Of a DNA stretch of 41,880 nt, positions 32,515 through 40,049 are shown in pieces. The notes beneath the pieces were generated by a model. It had not been told where the DNA came from. It saw only the letters and a list, made by a program, of their open reading frames with translations, and did no database searches. The stretch covers positions 1-41,880 of the forward strand of contig JBFLVW010000077.1 in NCBI GenBank assembly GCA_040758235.1, in the 5' to 3' direction. Every line of letters starts with the position of its first letter. Position 1 is the stretch's first letter. This stretch comes from Candidatus Micrarchaeota archaeon. GTDB taxonomy: Archaea; Micrarchaeota; Micrarchaeia; Anstonellales; Bilamarchaeaceae. Both the position numbers and the translations under genes were made by a program.

Positions 32515-33278
32515 CGCCATACCTTCCATGGAGCCTTCCCGGAGGCCCACAGCTCGTCCAGCTCCAGCTTGTCGCGCAGGGTGTCCATGGGCTTCCAGAA
32601 CCCGTCGTGCCTGAAGGCCGCAAGCTCCCCTTTTTTCGCCGCAATTTCGAGAGCCCCGCTCTCCAGCGCCGAGCCGTCTCCCTCGATGAGGTCGAGCATG
32701 CCCGGCTCCATCACGAAGAAGCCGCCGTTCACCCAGCCCCCGTCCCCTTTCGGCTTTTCGAGGAAGGACGCCACGTCGTCGCCCTTCATTTCAAGTGCCC
32801 CGAACCTCCCCGGAGGCTGGACTGCGGTGAGCGTTGCGAGCTTCCCGTGCCTCTTGTGGAATTCAAGCAGGGCGGGAATGTTTACGTCCGAAAGCCCGTC
32901 GCCGTATGTGAGCATGAAGGTGCCGTCTATGTGGTTTTTCACCCTCTTCACGCGCCCGCCGGTGAGCGTCTTCTCGCCCGTATCCACGAGGGTTATCTTC
33001 CAGTCGTCCACGCTCGTGTTGTGGACGGTCATCCTGTTCGTCTTCAGCTCGACCGTGATGTCGGAGTTGTGGAGGAAGTAGTTCGCGAACCATTCCTTTA
33101 TCACGTAGCCCTTGTACCCCAGGCACACTATGAATTCGCGGATGCCGTGGTGGGAATATATCTTCATCAGGTGCCAGAGAACCGGCTTCCCCCCCACCTC
33201 GACCATGGGTTTGGGCTTGACTACGGTCTCTTCGCTCAGCCGCGTCCCAAGGCCCCCGGCCAGAATAACCGCCTTCAT
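32511..33278 (-). CDS. rfbF: Glucose-1-phosphate cytidylyltransferase
   Basis: MKAVILAGGLGTRLSEET..KPKPMVEVGGKPVLWHLMKIYSHHG..FIVCLGYKGYVIKEWFANY; 255 aa. Confidence 0.88.
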   Translation of the reverse strand: MKAVILAGGLGTRLSEETVVKPKPMVEVGGKPVLWHLMKIYSHHGIREFIVCLGYKGYVIKEWFANYFLHNSDITVELKTNRMTVHNTSVDDWKITLVDTGEKTLTGGRVKRVKNHIDGTFMLTYGDGLSDVNIPALLEFHKRHGKLATLTAVQPPGRFGALEMKGDDVASFLEKPKGDGGWVNGGFFVMEPGMLDLIEGDGSALESGALEIAAKKGELAAFRHDGFWKPMDTLRDKLELDELWASGKAPWKVWR

Positions 33279-33301
33279 GTTTCTGGATTGCCAGGAAGTC
33301 G

Positions 33302-33310
33302 ATTAAAAAC
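33302..33310 (-). promoter_or_regulatory. TATA-like box for the rfbF-UXS-ugd operon
   Basis: GTTTTTAAT on the minus strand, overlapping the stop of the upstream gene; centre 28 nt from ATG 33278. Confidence 0.45.
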
Positions 33311-34082
33311 CATGCGGCGCCGGAAGGCCGCCCCGCGGCCGGTAGAGCTTTTTGAAATATGGCATTTTCGACTCCACGGCGAAGAATTTTTCCAGGTTTT
33401 CCGCGGTCTTGAAGTTTTCGATGCCGTGCCTGGAATAGAATTTTTTCTGGGCTTCCCACGTCATGCCCTCGCCGGAATAGTCGATTTCGTGCCATTCCCT
33501 TCCGACGACGTGGGAGGTGTTCTCGTCCAGCGGGCCGGGGTTCTCCATTCTCAGGGAGTCTCGCAGGCGGAGCATGTAGTGCGCCATCTTCTCGGCCTCA
33601 TCCTTCCCCACGCCCCGCTCGTGCACCGCTATCATCAGCTCGACTGCTGTCTTTGGCATCGCGAGCGCGAGTTCCCGTGTTTTTGGCATTGAATCGAGGT
33701 CCGAGAGGAGGTAGCCTGCAGCCAGTTTTCCCTGCTCCTCCGTCAGCTTTCTCTTGGGCTTCTGCTGGGCGACACGCGACTCTATCACTTGCGCCGCGTC
33801 CCCAAAGCCCCGCGAGCGCAGCTCATCGAAAGCGCTATCGGATTTTGGGGCGGGAACGGATTTTGGCGTGGGCGGCGCGCTTTCGGAAGGGATGACCGCG
33901 CTTTTTGCGGGCGCTGGAAGCCGGTCCGAGGGCCGGAACACAGATTCTGGCGCGGGTGCCGAATAGGAAGGAACGGCCTCGGAAGCAGGCGGCGCGTCTT
34001 TCGAGCATGCGGCAAGAAGCGGGAGCATGGCCGCGAATGCGATTCGCGCGCCGCAGGGTGCTTTGCTTTCCCGGAGCCTCAT
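33303..34082 (-). CDS. Secreted protein with lipobox-like signal peptide and Pro-rich linker, unknown function
   Basis: MRLRESKAPCGARIAFAAMLPLLAAC-SKD (L-A-A-C lipobox-like), Pro/Ser linker with PTPKS/PAPKS repeat, then a roughly 170-aa globular part. ATG 34082 is 26 nt from its TATA box (ORF track 34142). Confidence 0.6.
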   Translation of the reverse strand: MRLRESKAPCGARIAFAAMLPLLAACSKDAPPASEAVPSYSAPAPESVFRPSDRLPAPAKSAVIPSESAPPTPKSVPAPKSDSAFDELRSRGFGDAAQVIESRVAQQKPKRKLTEEQGKLAAGYLLSDLDSMPKTRELALAMPKTAVELMIAVHERGVGKDEAEKMAHYMLRLRDSLRMENPGPLDENTSHVVGREWHEIDYSGEGMTWEAQKKFYSRHGIENFKTAENLEKFFAVESKMPYFKKLYRPRGGLPAPHGF

Positions 34083-34104
34083 GCATATTGTGTATCGGAA
34101 TGGG

Positions 34105-34111
34105 TTTTTAA
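34105..34111 (-). promoter_or_regulatory. TATA-like box for the lipobox-protein gene
   Basis: TTAAAAA on the minus strand; centre 26 nt from ATG 34082. Confidence 0.45.
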
Positions 34112-34145
34112 GTCCGTCATCGCGCATCCACGCCAAACGCAACCG

Positions 34146-34155
34146 ATTATATATT
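34146..34155 (+). promoter_or_regulatory. TATA-like box for the 171-aa helical protein gene
   Basis: ATTATATATT; centre 25.5 nt from ATG 34176. Confidence 0.45.
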
Positions 34156-34175
34156 CCGAAAGCTCATGTGAAACG

Positions 34176-34691
34176 ATGGGAAGACTGGACAGGGAGGCGG
34201 CGCAGAGGAACAGGGCCGCGGTCGATGCTTTCCTGGATGGCATCGCAAGAAGGGAGAGGGGTAGGAAATTCAGGGACCCCGAGGCGGCATTCATGAGGTT
34301 TTCCGCGCGGGCGGAGGAAATGGTGGGCTCGGTGAAGGCTCTCGAAGCGAAGGCGGCGGAAAGGGCCGGGCGGTGCGGCGAGGAGGCGATACCTGCAAGA
34401 GTCTTCCTGAGCCTTTCCGGCCTCATCGAAAGGCTCTGCGCGAGCGCGAAGGCGAAAAAGGACATATACGCTTTGAGGGTCGCCTCCAAGGCGGCGGAGA
34501 AGCTTGCGATAGATGCCGAAGAGCTGCTCGCCGTTCCGGATTGCCCTCGCGAAGCGCCAGCGAGGAAGGCGGCCACCCTGCGGGAGGCGGCGAGGGCGAA
34601 GGAAATCTACGAAGTCATCATGCGCACGCTCGACAATACGCACAGGGAGCACGGGCTGGAGGCGCCGGAATTCCCGCAAACCTCAGGATGA
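34176..34691 (+). CDS. Hypothetical Ala/Arg/Glu-rich helical protein, 171 aa
   Basis: No TM segment and no family I recognise; start fits the TATA spacing. Coding call is weaker because several overlapping high-GC ORFs exist on both strands. Confidence 0.45.
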   Translation: MGRLDREAAQRNRAAVDAFLDGIARRERGRKFRDPEAAFMRFSARAEEMVGSVKALEAKAAERAGRCGEEAIPARVFLSLSGLIERLCASAKAKKDIYALRVASKAAEKLAIDAEELLAVPDCPREAPARKAATLREAARAKEIYEVIMRTLDNTHREHGLEAPEFPQTSG

Positions 34692-34714
34692 GCCCGGCCG
34701 CTCCCCGCAAGAAG

Positions 34715-34724
34715 CAATAATAAC
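34715..34724 (+). promoter_or_regulatory. TATA-like box for the ATPase/platform operon
   Basis: CAATAATAAC; centre about 30 nt from ATG 34750. Confidence 0.4.
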
Positions 34725-34749
34725 ATTGCCTGCATTTCATCAGCGGGGG

Positions 34750-36102
34750 ATGAATATGCTTGGCTGGCGAATACTGAGCCACGGGCAGTACAAACTGGAC
34801 CTTCCGCCCATCACGAAGGAGGAGGCGGAGCTGATTACTTGCGCCGAGGAGCGCTTCAGGGAGGCGACCAGGCTCAGGGCCGTCTACGACCGCGAGGAGA
34901 GCAGGAAGCTCGTCCAGGGAATCGTGGAACGGGCGGCGGACGATTCCGGCGTGTTCCTCGACCGCTCGCAGAGGGAATACATGGGCCGCGTCGCTTTCAT
35001 GCACATCTACGGCGTCGCGTTCATGGAGCCGATACTCGAGGACCCGGAGGTGGAGGAGATAAGCGTCGTCGGCCCGCGCAAGCCGGTGTACGTTTATCTC
35101 AGGAAGAAGGGCTGGAGGAGCGTGAACGCCTGCTTCGACGACGAGCGGACGATCGCCGACATGGTGAACAGGATGGCGCGCCCCCTCGGGCGGCACATAA
35201 CAATGCAGAACCCCAGGCTGGACGCGGTCCTTCCCGACGGCTCGAGGCTGCACGCCTCGCTCGTCCCGGTCTCCTGCGGCGAGATAACGGTCAGGAAATT
35301 CCGGGAGAGGCCGTTCTCCCCCCGGGAGCTCGTGGAAGCGGGAACGGTTTCTGCCGGAGGCATGGCCCTGCTTTCGGTCCTCATGCAGTGCGATTTTTCG
35401 GTGATTGTCGCGGGGAACACGGCGAGCGGCAAGACGACGACGATGAACTCCCTTTTCTCCTTCGTCCCTGCAACAGAACGCATAATAATCGCCGAGGAGA
35501 CGCCCGAAATCAACGTGCCGCACGGGCAGCGCCTCCGCCTCGTCGCGAACAGGGAGCTCGGTGTGTCGCTGCGCGACCTCGTGTACGACTCGCTGAGGAT
35601 GAGGCCTGACAGGATGATAGTCGGGGAGGTCCGCAACAGGGAGGAGTGCGAGGCGCTTTTCGACGTGCTCCTTGCGGGACAGGCGAGAGGCAGCTATGCG
35701 ACGTTCCATGCGCAGAGCGCGGATGAGGCGCTCTCGCGCCTCCAGTCTTTTGGGGCGAGGAAGGAGGACCTCTCGAGCATCGACTGCATCATCGTGCAGC
35801 GGAGGATGCTCGAATACGACGCGGCAAGGCGGTCCGCGAGGGAGGTGCGGGGGGTTGTCGAGATGGCCGAGGTGGTCCGCGGGGAGGCGGAGCCATTCTA
35901 CCGGGGCGGGAAGCTCGCCAAGCCCCCCGGGCTGCTCGAGCGTGCCGCGGGGAGCTTCGGACTCGGGAAAAACGAGATGGCCCGGGAGCTTGAGAGGCGC
36001 AGGAAGCTCATCATGCGCGCCGGGCCGGCGTTCGGGGAGTTCTTCAGGGAGGTGCAGGCGGAGTTTTTCGGGGCGGGCCCCGGCGGAGGTGGGGAGGAAT
36101 GA
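34750..36102 (+). CDS. Type II/IV secretion-family ATPase (archaeal PilB/FlaI/VirB11-like)
   Basis: Walker A AGNTASGKTTTMNSL, Asp box IIIAEETPEI, Walker B RMRPDRMIVGEVR, His box SYATFHA; 450 aa from ATG 34750 (ORF-track start 34513 is over-extended). Confidence 0.9.
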   Translation: MNMLGWRILSHGQYKLDLPPITKEEAELITCAEERFREATRLRAVYDREESRKLVQGIVERAADDSGVFLDRSQREYMGRVAFMHIYGVAFMEPILEDPEVEEISVVGPRKPVYVYLRKKGWRSVNACFDDERTIADMVNRMARPLGRHITMQNPRLDAVLPDGSRLHASLVPVSCGEITVRKFRERPFSPRELVEAGTVSAGGMALLSVLMQCDFSVIVAGNTASGKTTTMNSLFSFVPATERIIIAEETPEINVPHGQRLRLVANRELGVSLRDLVYDSLRMRPDRMIVGEVRNREECEALFDVLLAGQARGSYATFHAQSADEALSRLQSFGARKEDLSSIDCIIVQRRMLEYDAARRSAREVRGVVEMAEVVRGEAEPFYRGGKLAKPPGLLERAAGSFGLGKNEMARELERRRKLIMRAGPAFGEFFREVQAEFFGAGPGGGGEE

Positions 36103-37631
36103 TGGCGCTTTTCCGGCTCTCCGCGTATTTTCCCGATTCCGGGCTTGTGGTGGGGTGCGCGCGCGAGCTGCGCTTTTTTGGGGTGCTTCCCGGAAAGTAT
36201 GCGGCAATGTCTCTCTCGCTCTCCGGGGCGGCCGGCCTTCTTGCGCTCGCATTTTCGCATTCGCCCGCCGTCTCGCTTTTCGCAACCGCCATTATCGCAT
36301 CCCTCATCCTCGCCGTCCCGAAAATGGAGCTGGACCGTTTGTCCGGGGAGATCCGCGCGGAGCTGCCGCTTTTCATGCGTTCCCTCGGCATGTTCCTGGA
36401 GCTCGGCCTCGACTTCCAGAGGGCGCTCCGCGAGGCGTCGCGGGGCCACGGAGCGCTCTCGCGGGAGATGGATGCTGTCCTCGATTCGGTCCGGGGCGGC
36501 ATGGGTTTCCGGGCCGCGCTCGCGGCTTTCGCCTCCTCCTTCCGCTCGATGGAGGTAAAGAGGGCCGCGGCGCAGATGCTCTCGGCATACGAGAACGGCT
36601 CCGACGGCTCGGAAATCCGGAAAATCGGGGACGAACTGCTGTCGCTCGAGCACCACAGGCTGAGGGAGCATTCCGCGAGGGCGGGCATGTTCGGGCTCCT
36701 GCTCATCGCCTCAAGCGCCGTCCTGCCGACTTTCTTCATCGTTTTCGCAGCATCAGGGGCGTTCGGCGGAATCGGGCAGGGGCAGATGGCGCTCGCTATG
36801 CTCGTCCTCTTCCCGGCGCTCTCGGTCCTAATCCTGCTGCTCGCGCGCGGCCTCATGCCGCGCTCAGGGTTCGCCGGGCGCAGCGCTATCGAGCCCGCCT
36901 TCTTCGCACCTTCGGCGGCGATAGGGGCAGGCTTTCTCGTCCCGGCGCTCAGCATTCCAGCAATCACCCTCGGCGCAGCCGGGGGGCTCTGGATGGCCTG
37001 GAAGACTTATGCAGAAGAGAGGAGAATCGAAAAAATCGAGGAGGCCCTGCCGGACGCGGCGCTCTCCATGAGCGGGATGCCCGCGTCCACCCCGCTGGAG
37101 CGGCTGTTCCGCGCAATCGAGGAGGGCGGTTTCGGCCCGCTCTCCGAGGAAGCCGGGAAGTCCAGGCGCCAGCTGGAGATGAACGTCCGGCCGGCGGGCG
37201 CGCTCGCCGACTTCGCGCACAGGTGCGGCTCCGGCATAGTGGGAAGGGCATGCAGGGCCATCTCGCACATGGCGGAAACGAACACGCTGGACCGGACCGG
37301 CGCGCTCGCGGAGGACATAATACGCGTCTTCCAGCTCAGGCGGGAGAGGGCGCAGGCGTTCGCGATGCAGAGGTACACCCTCATGCTCGGCGCAGTGCTC
37401 ATCCCGCTCATAATGAAGATGGCCCTCTCGCTCATGGAGGGCATGGCGGGTTTCATAGGAGCAGGAGCCTCCCCCGAGATAGCCTCTCTCATCCCCCCTT
37501 ACATCGTCATCTATTCGGTCATCGCCGGGGCGGCAATCGCGGATGCCGATGGCCGGCGTTCCGCGCTCCCCCTCTACTCGCTGGGACTCGCCGGCGCGGG
37601 CATTGCCACGTTCGAGTTTATAAGCTTTTGA
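36099..37631 (+). CDS. Polytopic membrane platform protein (TadC/FlaJ-like, T2SS-F family)
   Basis: 510 aa; two cytoplasmic helical blocks, each followed by TM clusters, as in FlaJ/TadC. ATGA overlap with the ATPase stop; GGAGGTGGGGAGG SD. The family call rests on architecture and context. Confidence 0.65.
   Translation: MMALFRLSAYFPDSGLVVGCARELRFFGVLPGKYAAMSLSLSGAAGLLALAFSHSPAVSLFATAIIASLILAVPKMELDRLSGEIRAELPLFMRSLGMFLELGLDFQRALREASRGHGALSREMDAVLDSVRGGMGFRAALAAFASSFRSMEVKRAAAQMLSAYENGSDGSEIRKIGDELLSLEHHRLREHSARAGMFGLLLIASSAVLPTFFIVFAASGAFGGIGQGQMALAMLVLFPALSVLILLLARGLMPRSGFAGRSAIEPAFFAPSAAIGAGFLVPALSIPAITLGAAGGLWMAWKTYAEERRIEKIEEALPDAALSMSGMPASTPLERLFRAIEEGGFGPLSEEAGKSRRQLEMNVRPAGALADFAHRCGSGIVGRACRAISHMAETNTLDRTGALAEDIIRVFQLRRERAQAFAMQRYTLMLGAVLIPLIMKMALSLMEGMAGFIGAGASPEIASLIPPYIVIYSVIAGAAIADADGRRSALPLYSLGLAGAGIATFEFISF
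37617..37624 (+). promoter_or_regulatory. Internal TATA-like box for the PAP2 operon, inside the 3' end of the platform gene
   Basis: TTTATAAG; centre 26.5 nt from ATG 37647. Confidence 0.45.
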
Positions 37632-37646
37632 AGAGAATGGGCTGCG

Positions 37647-38132
37647 ATGGACTCCATTACCGCCCTCGCCTACTCTCTGGACTATCCGTGGCTGAAGGCC
37701 GCAGGATGGTTCATCGACGACGCAATCGTCTATGCAGCCCTCGTCCTGCTGATAGTGATTGCCGCCGAGCGGAGGGACGAGAAGAGGCTGAAGATACTTG
37801 CGTCCCTCGTCCTCGCGTTCGCTGCGTCATTCATAATCAAGAGCGCGCTCGCAATCGAGCGGCCCTGCGCGGGAGAGGAATGGTGCAGGGCCGACCATTC
37901 GTTCCCGAGCATACATGCATCAGTCGCCTTCGCGCTCATGACGGGATTCATCGGGAAAAGGAGCTACCCGCTTTTCCTGCTCTTCGCCCTTTTCGTGTCT
38001 TTCACGAGGCTCAACATAGGGGTGCATTATTTCGTCGACATAGCAGCCGCCCTTCCGGTCGCGCTGGTCTCTTATTATGTCACCGACATATTCTGGAAGA
38101 GGGAGGTCTCCCGCCATGGACCGCGAGCTTGA
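37647..38132 (+). CDS. PAP2-family (type 2 phosphatidic acid / polyprenyl-diphosphate) phosphatase
   Basis: The three PAP2 motifs: KSALAIERP, SFPSIHAS, SFTRLNIGVHYFVD; 161 aa, membrane protein. Confidence 0.85.
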   Translation: MDSITALAYSLDYPWLKAAGWFIDDAIVYAALVLLIVIAAERRDEKRLKILASLVLAFAASFIIKSALAIERPCAGEEWCRADHSFPSIHASVAFALMTGFIGKRSYPLFLLFALFVSFTRLNIGVHYFVDIAAALPVALVSYYVTDIFWKREVSRHGPRA

Positions 38133-38667
38133 GCGCCAGCTCTTCCATATGGGGATAGGCCTGTGGACCATCCTGTTCCTTTTCATCTTCGGCAGGACTG
38201 CGGCAATAGCGGCGGTGTTCCTCGTGATATGCGCCGGGACGCTCGCGATTAACGCGAGGCTGCGCGGGGCGCGGCTCCCCCTGATAAGCTGGTTCGAGGA
38301 GAGGTTCGAGAGGAGGGACGCCCCGATTCCCGGGTGGGGCTCGGCGTGCTACGCCGCCGGAACCCTCATCCCGCTCACGTTCCTCTCCGATGCCGGCGGC
38401 ATAGCCGCGGTGATATTCATACTTGGCGTCGGGGACGGCCTTGCGACCATAATAGGGACGAGGGGGCGGATGCGGATTCCATATTCCGGAAGGAAGACAG
38501 CCGAGGGGAGCGCCGCGATGTTCCTCTCGTCCCTGCTGGCGTATGCCTTCGCAGGGGAGGCGGCCCTGCCCCTCGCCATCGCTGCGACGGTCGCGGAAAG
38601 CCTCCCCCTCATCGACGACAACCTGTCCGTGCCGATAGCCTGCACGGCGGTCCTGCTGGTGATTTAG
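38116..38667 (+). CDS. CTP-dependent polyprenol (dolichol) kinase / cytidylyltransferase-family membrane protein
   Basis: ERQLFHMGIG N-terminus and GVGDGLATIIGTRGRMRIPYSGRKTAEGS (GDxxAxxxG...K(T/S)xEG signature of the CTP_transf_1/dolichol kinase family). GGGAGGT SD; 17-nt overlap with the PAP2 gene. Confidence 0.7.
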   Translation: MDRELERQLFHMGIGLWTILFLFIFGRTAAIAAVFLVICAGTLAINARLRGARLPLISWFEERFERRDAPIPGWGSACYAAGTLIPLTFLSDAGGIAAVIFILGVGDGLATIIGTRGRMRIPYSGRKTAEGSAAMFLSSLLAYAFAGEAALPLAIAATVAESLPLIDDNLSVPIACTAVLLVI

Positions 38668-39441
38668 ATGATACTGCTGTTCACTTCGAATAACGAGGCG
38701 AGCAAAAACATAGCCATGAAGCTCGTGGAGGAGCAGGGTTTTGAGCCTGACGGGGAAGACAAGTGGCGCAGGGGCCCGCACATACTGCTCGAAACGCGCG
38801 CGAAGAGCGTACTCGAAGTCCCCACCGATTTCGAAACCGAATGCATAATCGTCCTCAGCACGCACAAGAGCAAAATCAAGGAGAAGGTCATGACCGCGCA
38901 CTACCCGGGGAACTGGGACCGCGCCGACATGGGCGGGGAGGCGCGGACGCTCAATATGGCCGATGCGGGCAGGCTGAAGCTCATCCTTCGCGAGATGAAG
39001 AAGGAGGCGGACGCGATAGGCTGGAGATGCGGCCTGGAAGCAGACCACCACGGGCCGACGGGGAAGGTCCCGATTATTTTCGCCGAGATAGGCAGCACGG
39101 AGGAGGAATGGAAGGACAAGAAGGCGGCCTCCGCGATGGCGCGGGCCCTCTCGCGCGGAATCGAAGCGGACGGGAGATTCGACTGCTTCCTCGCCTTCGG
39201 CGGCGGGCACTACCCCAGGCCTTTCGAGAAGGAGGCCTTTGAGGGGGAGCTCGCGGTAAGCCACATCGCCCCCAAATACGCGATAGATTCCATCGACGAG
39301 GGGATGTTCGCGCAGGCGGTCGGGAAGAACGTCGGGAAGGTCGTTAAAGTCCTGATGCTTAAGGACGAGACGAATGCGGCGCAAAAGGACAAGGTAAGGG
39401 GCTTTGCGGAAAAATTCGGCCTTAAATTCGAGCTCATCTGA
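38668..39441 (+). CDS. dtdA: D-aminoacyl-tRNA deacylase, archaeal type
   Basis: 257 aa; LSTHKSK..MTAHYPGNW and LEADHHGPT blocks typical of DtdA; ATG abuts the preceding TAG. Confidence 0.75.
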   Translation: MILLFTSNNEASKNIAMKLVEEQGFEPDGEDKWRRGPHILLETRAKSVLEVPTDFETECIIVLSTHKSKIKEKVMTAHYPGNWDRADMGGEARTLNMADAGRLKLILREMKKEADAIGWRCGLEADHHGPTGKVPIIFAEIGSTEEEWKDKKAASAMARALSRGIEADGRFDCFLAFGGGHYPRPFEKEAFEGELAVSHIAPKYAIDSIDEGMFAQAVGKNVGKVVKVLMLKDETNAAQKDKVRGFAEKFGLKFELI

Positions 39442-39467
39442 CTGTCGGCATGGGGCTGCCCCCGGAA

Positions 39468-40049
39468 CTACGCGAGCGCCTCCTTCAGAGCGGCGACATC
39501 CTTGCCCGGCCCCTTATGGACCTTGATGAACTTCACACCCGCCGCGGCAGCTGCCCCGGCGTCGTAAATGGAATCCCCTATGAACACGGTCTCCTCAGGC
39601 TTCGCGCCGAGCGCATCCATGATGCGGATTAGCTGGTCGGGGTGTGGCTTGTTGTTCGCGACCGTGTCCCTTCCGAGGACGACATCGAACTCGCGTATGA
39701 GGCCGATGTCTGAGAGGATTTTCCTTATCACGGAGGTGTGGTTGCCGCTCGCAATCGCAAGCCTGAGGCCGCCTGCGCGCAGCGACCGGACGAGCGCGAC
39801 CATCTCAGGATAAACCGTGTACTCCCTCCCTTCCATGCACGCGGTCTCGTATTTCAGGTATATCGCGTCTATCCCGGCCTTGATTTCCGGCACCGAGGCG
39901 AGGCGGTTGCCGAGAGGGACAAGATGCTCCGACTCGTCCGCCGCAAGCCCCTTCCCGCGCGCGAGAGCGACGACTTCCCGCCGGACTTCCGGCCAGCTGA
40001 CGCGCAGGTGGAGCAGGGTGTCGTCGAGGTCGAAAACTGCGAGCTTCAT
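39468..40049 (-). CDS. HAD-superfamily hydrolase (phosphoglycolate phosphatase-like)
   Basis: Motif I FDLDDTLL, motif II IASGN, motif III/IV KPHPD...FIGDSIYD; ATGA overlap with the upstream stop. The ORF-track N-terminal extension to 40748 is alternative-frame junk. Confidence 0.85.
   Translation of the reverse strand: MKLAVFDLDDTLLHLRVSWPEVRREVVALARGKGLAADESEHLVPLGNRLASVPEIKAGIDAIYLKYETACMEGREYTVYPEMVALVRSLRAGGLRLAIASGNHTSVIRKILSDIGLIREFDVVLGRDTVANNKPHPDQLIRIMDALGAKPEETVFIGDSIYDAGAAAAAGVKFIKVHKGPGKDVAALKEALA

Noticed and set aside
34618-36285. 555-aa minus-strand ORF antisense to the pilus ATPase (similar cases: 38080-39384, 12498-13727, 23889-25349, 8910-9869)
   Set aside because: All are antisense or alternative frames of genes with strong family signatures. 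All are Arg-rich, with no TM pattern, motif or promoter geometry of their own.
35672-38158. 828-aa plus-strand ORF spanning the ATPase 3' end, the platform gene and the PAP2 gene
   Set aside because: Arg/Gly/Ala/Pro-dominated low-complexity translation in an alternative frame of three genes that each have clear motifs. High-GC artefact.
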